From a virus (lineage: Duplodnaviria; Heunggongvirae; Uroviricota; Caudoviricetes), in IMG/VR virus record IMGVR_UViG_3300029590_000324: a stretch of DNA of 64,000 nucleotides, one strand, 5' to 3'. Both the position numbers and the translations under genes were made by a program. Shown in pieces: positions 20,876-31,836 of this stretch. The first letter of the stretch is position 1. Each line of letters begins with the position of its first letter. Below the pieces are notes generated by a model. That model had not been told where the DNA came from, did not search any database, and saw only the letters and a list, made by a program, of their open reading frames with translations.

Positions 20876-21902
20876 ATAGGCTCACCACCTTTATAAAAAG
20901 TTGAGCTGATATCGTTCCTGTCTCATCAGAGACTTCCAAAAGAACTTGGTCGCCTATCATAGCCAGAACATTGTCAGCTTTTATTTTTATTTTGTTGTCC
21001 GCAATTATTGTTTTGAAGTTACCATCATATTCGGGCTTCACAGTGGTCAATTTCCATTGTGGGTCTATAGCGATTTTATTGCCTTCTGAATCAAAGAATT
21101 TTACAGAAAAAGTTTTATAGCTTCCACCAACTTTTATGATTGGCTCTCCCGTATAGGAAATAACACAGGATCCCTGTTTTACAGTTTGTTCCCCTAATTT
21201 ATTGGGGGCAAAATAATCCGCAATCATAAGATCTAAGTTGTCATCATCACTCAGTTGTGTCTGAGAGAATGTCAGCGTCAAAACCTTATCTTTTCCATTA
21301 AATTCCTTTCCTGAAATATCACCTGCAGTCCAGTTACCACTAAGAACATTTCTGCCGGTCAAAATATAAGCATTGGGCTTATCATTGATAATATCAATTA
21401 AAAAGCGTTTATCTCTTCTTAATTTAATCGTTTCTTCATCGCAAGGAAATTTTACAACAAACACCTGTTCGATAGACATCATAACCTTAGATTCAACTGT
21501 ACCAGATGCGAACTGACTGATATCTTCTGAATATCCATATCGCCCGATTATCTCTCCTTTTTCATTCTGCCATTTTAAATAGATATTACATCTATACATT
21601 TCGCCGCTTTGATATATTTCATCTTCGACATCTGTGTCAGTAATGAGAAAATGAGAGTTATTCCATTCGACAATGCTTCCGGCATAAATATGCTCTCCGG
21701 GCATAGCATTTATTTTTTTGTGATACTTTTCAGTAGAAGAAGTAATAACAACATTCTGCTGTTCTCCATCGATAAGAACATTCTTATACCCGGGAGACCT
21801 TGGAATTCTTTTATTCATTGAACGTTGAGTTTCAAAAATTGCTCGGTCTCTGCGAGTATCACCTTTTACAGTGAGACTTTGATTATACAATGACCAATTC
21901 AT
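20868..21902 (-). CDS. Putative head-tail joining protein
   Basis: 344 aa, beta-rich (GSIVEWNNSHFLIT, CNIYLKWQN), possible Ig-like C-terminus; position after capsid genes. Confidence 0.55.
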   Translation of the reverse strand: MNWSLYNQSLTVKGDTRRDRAIFETQRSMNKRIPRSPGYKNVLIDGEQQNVVITSSTEKYHKKINAMPGEHIYAGSIVEWNNSHFLITDTDVEDEIYQSGEMYRCNIYLKWQNEKGEIIGRYGYSEDISQFASGTVESKVMMSIEQVFVVKFPCDEETIKLRRDKRFLIDIINDKPNAYILTGRNVLSGNWTAGDISGKEFNGKDKVLTLTFSQTQLSDDDNLDLMIADYFAPNKLGEQTVKQGSCVISYTGEPIIKVGGSYKTFSVKFFDSEGNKIAIDPQWKLTTVKPEYDGNFKTIIADNKIKIKADNVLAMIGDQVLLEVSDETGTISAQLFIKVVSLYG

Positions 21903-22225
21903 TCTTTCACCTCAAAATACTTTCTCTTCAATGTTCCCACGATTCGAATACATCTAAAAATTTCTCGCTTACAAATTGAGATATCTTCACAGTCTTTTAT
22001 GTATTCCAATGAATTGATGATACTAAGATATTGTCCGTCATTACGAATAAATAGAATTACATCTTGTCCACCAGTCATTTCTGAAAGCAAGCTCTCAATA
22101 TAGACTGATACAGTGGGGGAATATTCTTCTTTCAAAGGGAGAATTTTATACAGACGATTGATAAGAATATTAAAATAGTTCTCGCATAGTTCATCAGGAA
22201 TTGGATTATATTTTGTAGTTATCAT
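21899..22225 (-). CDS. Hypothetical head/neck protein
   Basis: 108-aa ORF (YKILPLKEE) translationally coupled in the head-tail module. Confidence 0.65.
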   Translation of the reverse strand: MITTKYNPIPDELCENYFNILINRLYKILPLKEEYSPTVSVYIESLLSEMTGGQDVILFIRNDGQYLSIINSLEYIKDCEDISICKREIFRCIRIVGTLKRKYFEVKE

Positions 22226-22665
22226 GATTTATTCAACTCCGCAATATCGCCATGAGAAAAAGTATAATTATTGATAGCAACTCTCGACTCTTTTTTACTC
22301 ATTTCATATACATATCGCATTTGTTCAATAAGCTTAGCAGGGGAGTATTCGGTAAAATCCTTAGTGTTCAAACGACTTTCAAGCAGTTCATCCGAATACA
22401 TTTGAGGTTTTAGCCATTCAGTAATCATACATTCAGCAATAATATCTATCATGTCATCGTCCAGTTCTGTCCGAAATTCTTTAACTTCATCGTCTCTGTC
22501 AGTGAGATTGGCATATGTCTTTACGGTTTTTGCCACTTTACGACATACAGATATCATATATAAATATAATATATCTTCTCTGTCTTCTTCGAGTAACATT
22601 AAAAGGTCATAGGCCTTTACCTTGAAAACAAATGCCTCATAAATTTTTGAATAAGGGGTAGCCAT
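22222..22665 (-). CDS. Putative head-tail adaptor
   Basis: MATPYSKIYEAF...IIAECMITEWL...KDFTEYSPA; position in the head-tail module. Confidence 0.6.
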   Translation of the reverse strand: MATPYSKIYEAFVFKVKAYDLLMLLEEDREDILYLYMISVCRKVAKTVKTYANLTDRDDEVKEFRTELDDDMIDIIAECMITEWLKPQMYSDELLESRLNTKDFTEYSPAKLIEQMRYVYEMSKKESRVAINNYTFSHGDIAELNKS

Positions 22666-22676
22666 AGCCCACCTCC

Positions 22677-23222
22677 TTATCTTTCATAAAGCTCACACTT
22701 TAAAGCTTTTTCCAAAGCTGCAATAGTATTGATGTTGGAAAGACGACCATCTTTAATCATCTCCATAGCTTTAATACCAACGCAATTCTTAATAACAGGA
22801 CTCATTGTTTTAATCTTGGTTATAAGTTCTTCTTGATTCATATTGAAAAGGTTTTCAATCTCGTCCGCAGTAATAGTATTTTCATAGAAACGATCCATCT
22901 GCAAATCACGCAGAACAGCCATGTCAACTTCAATCCAATTTTCAGTAAAGAAACGTCTATCAGTATTCTTCATAGAATATAGTTCTGCCATTTCCATTGG
23001 AATTTCCTCACCAAACTCATGCCATTCCTCGGAATAACCCACAAGTCTTTTACTTACATAAATAAGCTTGCCTCCGGTTAGATTTTTAACCATAACCTGA
23101 GCGTCAAGGGGAATTTTTCTGCGAGGAACATAAGTGGTAGAAACAGTTTCGGGCACTGTTTCAGCAGTACCCGAATCCTGTGTTTTCTCAATATCGGCAG
23201 CTTTAGCTTTTGAATATGCCAT
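22677..23222 (-). CDS. Hypothetical head-module protein
   Basis: 181-aa ORF directly after the major capsid gene. Confidence 0.65.
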   Translation of the reverse strand: MAYSKAKAADIEKTQDSGTAETVPETVSTTYVPRRKIPLDAQVMVKNLTGGKLIYVSKRLVGYSEEWHEFGEEIPMEMAELYSMKNTDRRFFTENWIEVDMAVLRDLQMDRFYENTITADEIENLFNMNQEELITKIKTMSPVIKNCVGIKAMEMIKDGRLSNINTIAALEKALKCELYER

Positions 23223-23253
23223 ATATTCTTCTCCTTTAAATTCTCAATAGTAA

Positions 23254-24255
23254 TTAAGACATTGTGTAAACAGCAAACTTCTTATCAGGAATAATAACCT
23301 GAATGCCTGCATTGTTTACGAACAGATAGTCCTCAGAGAAATCAGCATTCATACCGTAAGTAGGAGGAACAATAAGTGCCTCGCCTTCATTTACATACTT
23401 AATAGGCTTAGTGTTAATACCTATGATATAAAGCTGATTGTCAGGAAGCAGGAAAGAATCAGTATTTGTCTTATGGATCTGGTTGATTCTTACCATAGGA
23501 ATACCATTGAAGTTGCCATAGTAACCCATGTTATACATATCTTCCTTAGCGGTCTCAGAAACAGTAGCAGTAGTAACCTTTCTGAGAGCTGCACGAGTAC
23601 CCATAATTACAGGTGTCTGTCCATTATTTACTTCAACATGCTCGCAAAGCTCAAGAAGAGCTGCTTCAGAATAAGAACCAGATGCGGGAATGTAAGTAGA
23701 ACCGGAATTGTTAACAAGACCTGTCCATGCAGTAAAAATATCATCGTACTGCTTCTTAACAAGAGATCTGCCAACCCTATCAATTATATTGTTGAGATCA
23801 GCTCTTCCAGACAGCATTCTGTCAAGTTCCTCGTAAACCTTTACGCCGTAAGTCTTCATATTGACAGAAATACGACTACCGCCGCCAAGTCTCTGACGTC
23901 TGAGACCCTGAGTACCACGAGCTACCTCGTCAACATAGAAAAGGGAGTCATCAGGAATATAAAACTCATTAGTATCGCCAAGAGCAAGGTTCTTGTACTC
24001 GACCATATTCATAAAGAACTCATTACCCTGAAGACCATCAATTACTGTCTTAACAATAGTCTCTTCGATGATAGCAAAGAGCTCGCCACACTTGCCGTCA
24101 CGGATATCTTTCCTATCAAGATATTTCTTACCATTATTTGCAGCAACGATAGCGTTATAAACAACCTCGTGGGATTCATCAAGGGAATACTGACCGGCAG
24201 GGGCGCCGTTATATGTATCGACTGCAAGCTTTACAATATCATTTACTGTAGCCAT
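23254..24255 (-). CDS. Major capsid protein
   Basis: 333 aa (LFAIIEETI, KNLALGDTNEF, VIMGTRAALRKV, GYYGNFNGIPM); biased codon usage; position after protease/scaffold. Confidence 0.8.
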   Translation of the reverse strand: MATVNDIVKLAVDTYNGAPAGQYSLDESHEVVYNAIVAANNGKKYLDRKDIRDGKCGELFAIIEETIVKTVIDGLQGNEFFMNMVEYKNLALGDTNEFYIPDDSLFYVDEVARGTQGLRRQRLGGGSRISVNMKTYGVKVYEELDRMLSGRADLNNIIDRVGRSLVKKQYDDIFTAWTGLVNNSGSTYIPASGSYSEAALLELCEHVEVNNGQTPVIMGTRAALRKVTTATVSETAKEDMYNMGYYGNFNGIPMVRINQIHKTNTDSFLLPDNQLYIIGINTKPIKYVNEGEALIVPPTYGMNADFSEDYLFVNNAGIQVIIPDKKFAVYTMS

Positions 24256-24275
24256 TAAAAATCACTCCTCTCAAA

Positions 24276-24782
24276 TCAAAGTGCAACATCAACGTAATAG
24301 AAAGTGTGCGCACCAAGGGTGTACACATCTGTAATCTTACCGATAATAGTACCAGTGCTTGTATCATTTGCAATTACAGGCTTTGTGGTAGTACCAACCT
24401 TAAGATACTTGCCCTTAGCGGGTGTGCCGGAAAAGCCCTCAGCAGTCATTGAGAAACCATCTCCGCTGTGGAAACGATAACCACGTATAACCTTGCCGGC
24501 CTCGTTAACATACTCTTCAAGACCATGATGTCTGGTCTCATCATAAATTATTTCAGGATTTGCAACGAGTACAAGCTTGGTAATGGGAGTAGAAGCTGTA
24601 GGAGCTGTTGCCTTTCTCACTTCTCTCTCATTGTCGATAAGATCGCCAATTTCAACAATTCCGCCATTTTCAATCTCGGCAGGGTTCTCGGAAACGAAAT
24701 ACTTGAGAGATACAAGAAGGGTGCTGTCTTCTGTGCCGCTCATACGATCGAGATTTACAACTGTATATGCCATATTATTCAT
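24276..24782 (-). CDS. Capsid decoration/auxiliary protein
   Basis: 168 aa (EIENGGIV, LVANPEIIYD, RGYRFHSGD) between scaffold and MCP. Confidence 0.6.
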   Translation of the reverse strand: MNNMAYTVVNLDRMSGTEDSTLLVSLKYFVSENPAEIENGGIVEIGDLIDNEREVRKATAPTASTPITKLVLVANPEIIYDETRHHGLEEYVNEAGKVIRGYRFHSGDGFSMTAEGFSGTPAKGKYLKVGTTTKPVIANDTSTGTIIGKITDVYTLGAHTFYYVDVAL

Positions 24783-24793
24783 CCTTTCTAATA

Positions 24794-26254
24794 TTACTTT
24801 GTACCGTACAAATCAAACAAGTCGCCATAAGGACTGGAAGGTACGGAATCTTTTTCTACGATAGGTATTCTAACTACTCCATCATCTTTAGGTTTTGCTG
24901 AAAATGTAAAGCTTGCTTTCGCATCAGCAAAAATACACTTACATTCCCTTTCAAGGTCTTCCTTGGAATACTCATTAAGCTTGTCCTTAAGGGCTGCAAA
25001 CTCAGCAGAATCTTTCAGGTTCTCAGACCACTTGTCAATAATTTCCTGCTTTTCTGCAAGAGCAAATTCAGCTTCAATCTTTGCCTTGTAATCTCTGAGT
25101 GAAGTCACCTCTGCCTGTATGGACTCATAATTTGCTCTCATTGTGTCAAGAGCCGCCTTCTCATCGGAAGTCAGTTTTTCAACGAATACTTCATAGGGAT
25201 CGCCCTCAAAAGTAATGTTTTCGCCATTCTTTGTGTACTTCTGTCTGTACAGAGAGTTGCCAGACCAAGAAGCATAATCGAAGTATGTATCATATACGGC
25301 GTCTATATAGTACCAATCATTATTCTCTGTCTCGATAGGTTCAAGAAGAGCATAGAGAGCACAACGAACGTCGTCATGAGAGAGCTCAAAAGTCTTTACA
25401 AATTTATCATTTGCGGGAGCTCCGCTTTCAACTGAAGCAGGAATTTCGGGTGTAGCAGGCTCTCCTTCAAAATTTTCCGCAGGAACAGCAGGCTGCTCTT
25501 CGGGTGTAGCGTTTGTTACAATATTCTCATCCATTTGTTTTTTACCTCCTTCTTCAGTATTTTTCTTATTAAATGCGACAAGAGTTTCATTCAGCTCTTG
25601 CATGATAATAAGCATTTTTTCGTTGATATTATCTTTTTCTGCGAATGTGTCTGTAGTACCCATTGCATTTTTCATGCCTGTACCAAGCTCATTGTTAAGA
25701 AAAGTAATACCGGTGTATTTATAGTCGGTTATGTTATAGATTTTCTTGGCAGCATTAAAAGTAAATTCATTAACACTAATTTCCATAGAAAGCTTGATAT
25801 TTTTATCACGCTCGATAATATCCTCAGCGTAATTTGAATATCCTCGCCATACATATCCATCTACAAATACATAGTTTTTGCCGTCATATTCAGCTACCTC
25901 ATAATTGTTCGTCTCAGGAATAACACCAATGGGAACTTCTTTGTAAATCATACGATATTCTCCCTCATTGACCTTATCCTTTTCAATAGACATATCATGA
26001 GAGCCAAACTGGGGCTGGCCATTCTCGTCAAACTCAACGTTTGCAAGAATAGGAATGTTTTTCAGTGTATCTTTCGCAGAGTTCATATCATCAACGTTGA
26101 AATTTGAACCATTAGGATTTACTCCATCATGACATACTCTGAGTCTCATCTTAATGAATCGGTCAGTGTCAAAACTTTCATCAAGGTCATATGTTACTGC
26201 GAGAGAAACATTATTTAATTCGCTTAATGCCAAATTTTTCACCGCCCTTCTCAA
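24794..26254 (-). CDS. Prohead protease/scaffold
   Basis: CHDGVNPNGS, IPILANV, KLSMEISV protease-type N-terminus with an acidic coiled-coil C-terminus; true start is probably TTG at ~26233. Confidence 0.75.
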   Translation of the reverse strand: MRRAVKNLALSELNNVSLAVTYDLDESFDTDRFIKMRLRVCHDGVNPNGSNFNVDDMNSAKDTLKNIPILANVEFDENGQPQFGSHDMSIEKDKVNEGEYRMIYKEVPIGVIPETNNYEVAEYDGKNYVFVDGYVWRGYSNYAEDIIERDKNIKLSMEISVNEFTFNAAKKIYNITDYKYTGITFLNNELGTGMKNAMGTTDTFAEKDNINEKMLIIMQELNETLVAFNKKNTEEGGKKQMDENIVTNATPEEQPAVPAENFEGEPATPEIPASVESGAPANDKFVKTFELSHDDVRCALYALLEPIETENNDWYYIDAVYDTYFDYASWSGNSLYRQKYTKNGENITFEGDPYEVFVEKLTSDEKAALDTMRANYESIQAEVTSLRDYKAKIEAEFALAEKQEIIDKWSENLKDSAEFAALKDKLNEYSKEDLERECKCIFADAKASFTFSAKPKDDGVVRIPIVEKDSVPSSPYGDLFDLYGTK

Positions 26255-26433
26255 AGAAATATTTTGTCTGTAAAAACGTAAGCGCCATCTTTGAGATTTT
26301 CTTTACAAAACTTCTTGATTGATGGTTCGTTTTTAAATATGAAAAAACCGCTACCCATATTAGGTAACGGCTCATATCCAGATTTAATCAAAGCGTCAGC
26401 AACACTCTCACTTTGTGTAATAATAAATTTCAT
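26251..26433 (-). CDS. Small hypothetical protein
   Basis: MKFIITQSESVADALIKSGY...; GAGGTG RBS; between portal and protease. Confidence 0.6.
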   Translation of the reverse strand: MKFIITQSESVADALIKSGYEPLPNMGSGFFIFKNEPSIKKFCKENLKDGAYVFTDKIFL

Positions 26434-26437
26434 ACTG

Positions 26438-27913
26438 TCACCTCGATGCGTTACTGTCGTGTTCTCTTGTATTTTCGTTTGAATCGGAAATTTCTTCTCC
26501 GTTTTCTTCGGCGGTTGGGCGACCTGCTTCATCACCAGAAGCTAAAGTATATGAAGAGCTTAGAGGTATCATTTTTTCGTGCATTTTCAGGAAATCATTT
26601 TCCATAAATAGCATAGCATTCATTGCTGGTTGATCGATGCCCACTGAGGCTGCAATAGCAGACTTAACGGGCACTCCGTATTGAGCATCTTTAAGAAGTA
26701 AATCATGAAACTGTTGTCTGTGGTATTCACTTATATCCAAAATGGTTATCTGGAATTTCTGTGTACCGCTAAGATTTTTAAGTAACCTGTTTACATTACG
26801 TTCGATCTGACGATTGACAGCGAACGTCAGACACTCATCTGCTGTTATTGAAATATTCAACGATGCTGCAGTTTGTTTATCACTGCCAAAAAGCAATGAA
26901 GAAACTCCAACATCGTTATAAAAATTTCGGATAGCTTCATAGGTTTTATCCGGATCTTCTGCTCCGGACTTCTCGAAATCAAATACTTGTACATCCATCG
27001 GGGTTTCAAAAACGCCAATATTATCAGGCGTAATGTTTGTCAGCTGAGCATAAAATTGATCTGCAAGCGTTTTGTCAATAAGAAGATTTCCGGCTTCATC
27101 AGTAGGAAGCTTCAATCCAAGAGCCTTGTAATTTCTCAGGATTGAGGCGCCCTTCTGAAGATCTTTATAATCTTCAATGTCATAAATGCCCACTAAACAG
27201 CCGGCAAGAGGAATAAGAGGGTAAGTAACATCTTCAGAAATTTTTAAGCAAAACTGTTTCTTTTCATCGAGAAGCTGCCAGCGCTGAGAGGAATCTTTCT
27301 TATAAATTTCGTATTTATCAATAAATTCCTGTCCATACGATTCAAGTTCATCTTCTTTTCCACGGAAATAACTGAAATCAAAAGCTGCAATATAACAGCC
27401 ATCGACTATTGAGGCTATCTTGACATAATCAGCAGGAAGCTTTCTTATGTAAAACGAGTCTTTTGTCTGATAAATGTATCCTGCAAAAATATCTTCTCTC
27501 CAAGCGATAGTCAATGCTTTGCTCATTTCATGACGTAGATTGAATATCGACATGAAATCCGTAGCCTTTTTATATGAAGCTTTAAAAGCTTTATCATTTA
27601 TTTCCTTAGTGGCGTCAAACTTAAACGGATACATTATATAATTAAGCGGACACATATGAGCAAAATAATTGATTATTGTGCGATACTGTGGCGAAACTTC
27701 ATATAAGTATATCGAAGCATTGCGCAGCTGTTTGGCATTAGTTTCAGGATTTTTAAGATACTTAATGATGTTTTCTTTTGTATATTTGGTATAAATAACG
27801 GAAGTATGAGTATTGCTTGCTAAATTTAAAAGTTGCACGTCGGTCAACTTAGAAAATCGCAAATCTTTCATAGCATTCTTCCATTGCTCATTGTAATTTA
27901 CTTGTTCTGCCAT
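26438..27913 (-). CDS. Portal protein
   Basis: 491 aa directly after the terminase; GVSSLLFGS and MIPLSSSYT motifs. Confidence 0.8.
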   Translation of the reverse strand: MAEQVNYNEQWKNAMKDLRFSKLTDVQLLNLASNTHTSVIYTKYTKENIIKYLKNPETNAKQLRNASIYLYEVSPQYRTIINYFAHMCPLNYIMYPFKFDATKEINDKAFKASYKKATDFMSIFNLRHEMSKALTIAWREDIFAGYIYQTKDSFYIRKLPADYVKIASIVDGCYIAAFDFSYFRGKEDELESYGQEFIDKYEIYKKDSSQRWQLLDEKKQFCLKISEDVTYPLIPLAGCLVGIYDIEDYKDLQKGASILRNYKALGLKLPTDEAGNLLIDKTLADQFYAQLTNITPDNIGVFETPMDVQVFDFEKSGAEDPDKTYEAIRNFYNDVGVSSLLFGSDKQTAASLNISITADECLTFAVNRQIERNVNRLLKNLSGTQKFQITILDISEYHRQQFHDLLLKDAQYGVPVKSAIAASVGIDQPAMNAMLFMENDFLKMHEKMIPLSSSYTLASGDEAGRPTAEENGEEISDSNENTREHDSNASR

Positions 27914-27919
27914 TTTATA

Positions 27920-29198
27920 TCACCTTCCTATCGACATACATTTAGGGCTTCTGCATTGAAGCCTAAATGAGCTCTGGGAAAGTTTAGGCTTACTCAATTT
28001 ACGTTCAAGCTCATTTGCAATCTGATTTGCATAAGATAGCGAGCTGTATCGGTCTTTTCGATTTGTTCCGGTCTCTTTGATCTTTATTTCTGCTCCAACA
28101 GTCGTATATTCAAGATTAACTAATTCATTGATTAACAACGATGTCTGGATATAAGGCATTTTAATGGTGAGCTTATCTTCAGCACTCAAATTATAAAATG
28201 CCTTATTGCTTTCATATTCATCATTAAATTCCTCCTCATCAAGAAGAAGTCTCATTTTACCACGACGAATACAGTCTCTTAGAGCATATGCACATTGAGA
28301 GTTCCATTTTGTATTAGCTTTTACACTATATATAACTTTTGCAGGATTAGTGCTTGATCCTTTATAGTGCTCAGCCATCTCAGCATCGTTAATACAAGTG
28401 AAAGCAGGATAAAATTCTCCGGTTATATCATCAGTCATATCCTTAACAAGATTATCAAATACTCCAACGCCAACACCTTGAGTATCTATAACCATGTAAT
28501 CACAATCCATTTGCTCAAAAATTCGTCGGATAGTCAGAGCTTGATCTTCTGTATGCCCGCCTTCCTTATTTTCAGAATAAAGAACATTTCTGATATATTG
28601 ACCGTCCTTAGTAGGAAGCAGCTGAGTAACAAAAATTGATGTTGCATCATTTTTATTGCGCTTCGAACTCATTACGGCAATATCGGCAGAAAGCAATCTA
28701 AGTTCTCCCGGTGTTTTTTCGGGATACTTAATGATTTTGTTCGAGATCTGAGTATATATCTCTTTGGGATATATAGCTTCTTTGATTCTTCTGGCTTTCA
28801 TCAAGTCGTCAAACCTGAAAAATGAATCTTCACTTTCGCCCCACCATAAGCAGCCGGACTCCATGCTGAATGAAATTTCATTAAAAGTCGGGCTCATCAT
28901 TTCTTCCAATACTTGCTCTGGATTCAAAAGTCCTTCTTTGATAGACATCTGATAGGGGAGTCCGCATATAAATGTTTTCTTCTTTTGATTCATCAGATCG
29001 ACAACATAGCTCTGCGCTTCTTTATATGCCCAATGCGACTTAAGCCACACCGAAGACATGTAAATTTCTTTATTACGTTCCTTGGGATAGTTAACATATT
29101 CTTTCTTCTTGAAAAAACCAGGCATACGCTCCGAACGCATAAAAGGTCTGAGAACAGTTTCAATAACTTCTTTTTTACACAGACGGAACTCATCAAGT
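27920..29198 (-). CDS. Terminase large subunit, exon 2
   Basis: Begins (A) CTT GAT GAG TTC CGT = LDEFR; nuclease domain with LSADIA, VIDTQGVG and KDRYSSLSY. Confidence 0.9.
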
Positions 29199-30279
29199 CG
29201 ATTTGTTATCCATAAAGCTTTTTATCTTTATGTTCTGGAGATTTCTCTCATACGATTTCTCGATACGTCTGTCAATTCAGACCAGTCCAGCATATATTTT
29301 CACCCTCGTTTAACGTTAGGTTTGTTGGGTACTACTCCAACTCAGATTATACTATATATAATCGTGTCGAGCACTCTTGGGGGTATTATATTTATTCAAC
29401 CCCTATGCGTTACGGTGTTAACGAACCTTGCGAAATCTCGTTAATTACCTCGGTATTAATATGTAATGTGTTTATAATCATTTTTTCAAAATTATCCTTT
29501 TCAAAATAAGGCAAACGCAATAAACCAATATTATTATTTTTGCAATAATCTGTTTTTATTTTATCTCGTCTTTGAACTTCAGGTAAATTCATATATTTTG
29601 TGGAAAAGTTACCATTAGCAGACAGGTAATGAAATTGCCCATCAACTTCAATACATAAATTATAATCCTCTAAATAATAATCAAATGGTAAACATCTTAT
29701 ATCTTTGCAATCTTCAAAACGTTTTTCTTTTTGAAATTTAATATGGTACTTGTTTAAAATTTCTTCTGTTAAATCCATATAAGAAGATTGTCGTATTGTA
29801 CATTGAGCACATCCCTTACCACGTAAAAGATTATCAGGCGATATGTAATATGAATGTCCACATTTTTTATTGATTATCTCTAATGGTTGGCGTGCTTTCA
29901 CGTATTCCCCAATAATTATGTATCTATCTGGGTATAATTTATCTACTTCCTCTTGAAGTGTTTCTTTGGTTTTAAAATGATTTTTCCCGCTACAAATATA
30001 ACATCCTTCCGAGGCAGAACCTATCATTTTATACGCTTGTTTATATATGATATTACCACATTTATTGCATTTGACTTTAAGTTTTGCTGATCTTATAGTA
30101 TATGGTTCCAATAGAGTCAGATTATCGCCGTGAATTTCATAAAATTCTTTTTCATATTCTTCAGGAAGTTTTCGTGCCATCACTACTCACCTCCTTTATT
30201 TAATTAACACATTATTTAATCTTCACCGATTTTACTCGATTACAGACATATGTTTCCATATGTCCAGACAATTTTGTTT
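29199..30279 (-). mobile_element. Group I intron (1081 nt) in the terminase Walker B, carrying a homing endonuclease
   Basis: Exon CTGAT| with a GTC partner (U.G pair); P AAAAUCGGUGAA, Q UAAUACCGAG, R CGUAACGCAUA, S AAAAUAUAUGCUGG; ends AAAUCG. Splicing restores CHILI-LDEFR and a 587-aa protein. Confidence 0.92.
29410..30183 (-). CDS. Intron-encoded homing endonuclease (Zn-ribbon repeats + Vsr/DUF559-like nuclease)
   Basis: Repeated KCxKCG...GCxxC units; C-terminal LPFDYYL...IEVDGQFH...RDKIKTDYC...LLRLPY; its 3' end overlaps the intron core. Confidence 0.85.
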   Translation of the reverse strand: MMARKLPEEYEKEFYEIHGDNLTLLEPYTIRSAKLKVKCNKCGNIIYKQAYKMIGSASEGCYICSGKNHFKTKETLQEEVDKLYPDRYIIIGEYVKARQPLEIINKKCGHSYYISPDNLLRGKGCAQCTIRQSSYMDLTEEILNKYHIKFQKEKRFEDCKDIRCLPFDYYLEDYNLCIEVDGQFHYLSANGNFSTKYMNLPEVQRRDKIKTDYCKNNNIGLLRLPYFEKDNFEKMIINTLHINTEVINEISQGSLTP

Positions 30280-30764
30280 ATCAGTATATGACATCTGCCG
30301 CCACGAGCTGTATCAGTCGTGGTTGTAACAAAAATTATTGATCCATTCTTAAACTCGATTTGAGCATCTACACTGTTGAGAGTTATTTGTTTTATCTCCA
30401 ATCTTAGATTAGGAGAGCTGGGCATAAGTTCTGACGTTATCTTCTTCAGAACTTCCTTGGCCTGCTTAAGTGTTTTTGATGCTACGCATATTTTGGTGCC
30501 GGGATACAGGATACATCTGACAACACAGAAAATAGCTGTTAAGTATGTTTTTCCGAGGCCTCTTGCGGCCAAAAACATACTGTTCGTGCAGTAATTCATC
30601 ATCACAAGAATAATCTCTTGGAATAATTTCAGCTCTATTCCCAGATAATCCTTTACAAATCTGTTAGGATTTTCTCTGTAGAATGCTGCACGCTTTGCTA
30701 TCGTAGTCATCATCTTCTCAGACTTGTCCTGTATTCCTGTATTATACTGTCTATATTTACTCAA
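30280..30764 (-). CDS. Terminase large subunit, exon 1
   Basis: LKLFQ adenine-binding motif, Walker A AARGLGKT, ARGGR. Confidence 0.9.
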
Positions 30765-31807
30765 GGCTCATCACCGGACCCAAAAATATCTTCATATGTG
30801 ATCTGATTGATATCTTCTTCTTCAAGCTCGGGACGATTAACAGTATATTTTCTTATTTCGTCTTCATAGAGTTGACTCCAGTTATTTTTAAATCCGAACA
30901 TCTTAGATAAATGCCCAAAGAAAAAGACGCTGATATAACGTCTGATTCCATCAATATCTTTCCATTTTTCTTCAGGTTCGGGTATAGGCTCTTCATCTTC
31001 CCAACGTTTTATCAAGACGCCAAATGAAGCAGTGTCACTCATTGTATTCTCGCTGCTTTGTTTAGGCTGAATACCCGCAGAATTCATAAGATCATTCATA
31101 GCCTTACATAAACTATCGACCTTATCTCCCTTTTGAATACCTCTCATGATCTGAAGCTCAAGCAAACATATTTTCTGAATAATTGCTTCCATAGCCTTCG
31201 CCTGTACAGGATAGGATAGAATCCATTCAGAATATCGGCTATCCAAATATTCGTAATCTTCAGGTTTAAATCCGGAACCCCAGAAAGACACCGTATCTGG
31301 ATCTATCTCTTTTGAAGAATACATATCTTCATATGTAGTTATTTTATCCTCTTCTGCCTTTTCTTCCAATATAGTAGTGTCATATGTTTTGTTTGCATAC
31401 TTTGCAGTATGAGTTTTACCAACATAGTATGTCATTCGCTTCAAAGGCTTAGAAGCGCTCTTCATCAAATTGACGATCTCTTTATTATAATATATGTCAA
31501 ACTTCATGCACACTCTGCGAACCGCTTCTTCTTCGCTGCCAAGCTCTTCGAGATATTCCTCATATAACGAATCCAAACAGTCTTTGCATATTGGAAGTCT
31601 GCATCTGTGTCCTACGTGAAGCTTGCTGAAGCTGATCATAAATTCTCTGTCATCGTCCATAACTTGTTTGCCGCATTTTTCGCAGCGATACATAAATGGG
31701 ACATTCTCGTTACCAGCAGCAATTTGTTTAAGCATCTCAACACGAGTATCTACAGTTTTTTTCTTTTGCTGCTGAGGAGCTTTACGTCCTAAATTTTGCT
31801 TCGGCAT
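30761..31807 (-). CDS. Zn-finger protein upstream of terminase (possible small terminase)
   Basis: CEKC and CKDC motifs; FGVLIKRWEDEEPIPEP; overlaps the terL start. Confidence 0.55.
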   Translation of the reverse strand: MPKQNLGRKAPQQQKKKTVDTRVEMLKQIAAGNENVPFMYRCEKCGKQVMDDDREFMISFSKLHVGHRCRLPICKDCLDSLYEEYLEELGSEEEAVRRVCMKFDIYYNKEIVNLMKSASKPLKRMTYYVGKTHTAKYANKTYDTTILEEKAEEDKITTYEDMYSSKEIDPDTVSFWGSGFKPEDYEYLDSRYSEWILSYPVQAKAMEAIIQKICLLELQIMRGIQKGDKVDSLCKAMNDLMNSAGIQPKQSSENTMSDTASFGVLIKRWEDEEPIPEPEEKWKDIDGIRRYISVFFFGHLSKMFGFKNNWSQLYEDEIRKYTVNRPELEEEDINQITYEDIFGSGDEP

Positions 31808-31836
31808 AATTCCTCCTTTTTATGAAGGAACTAATG

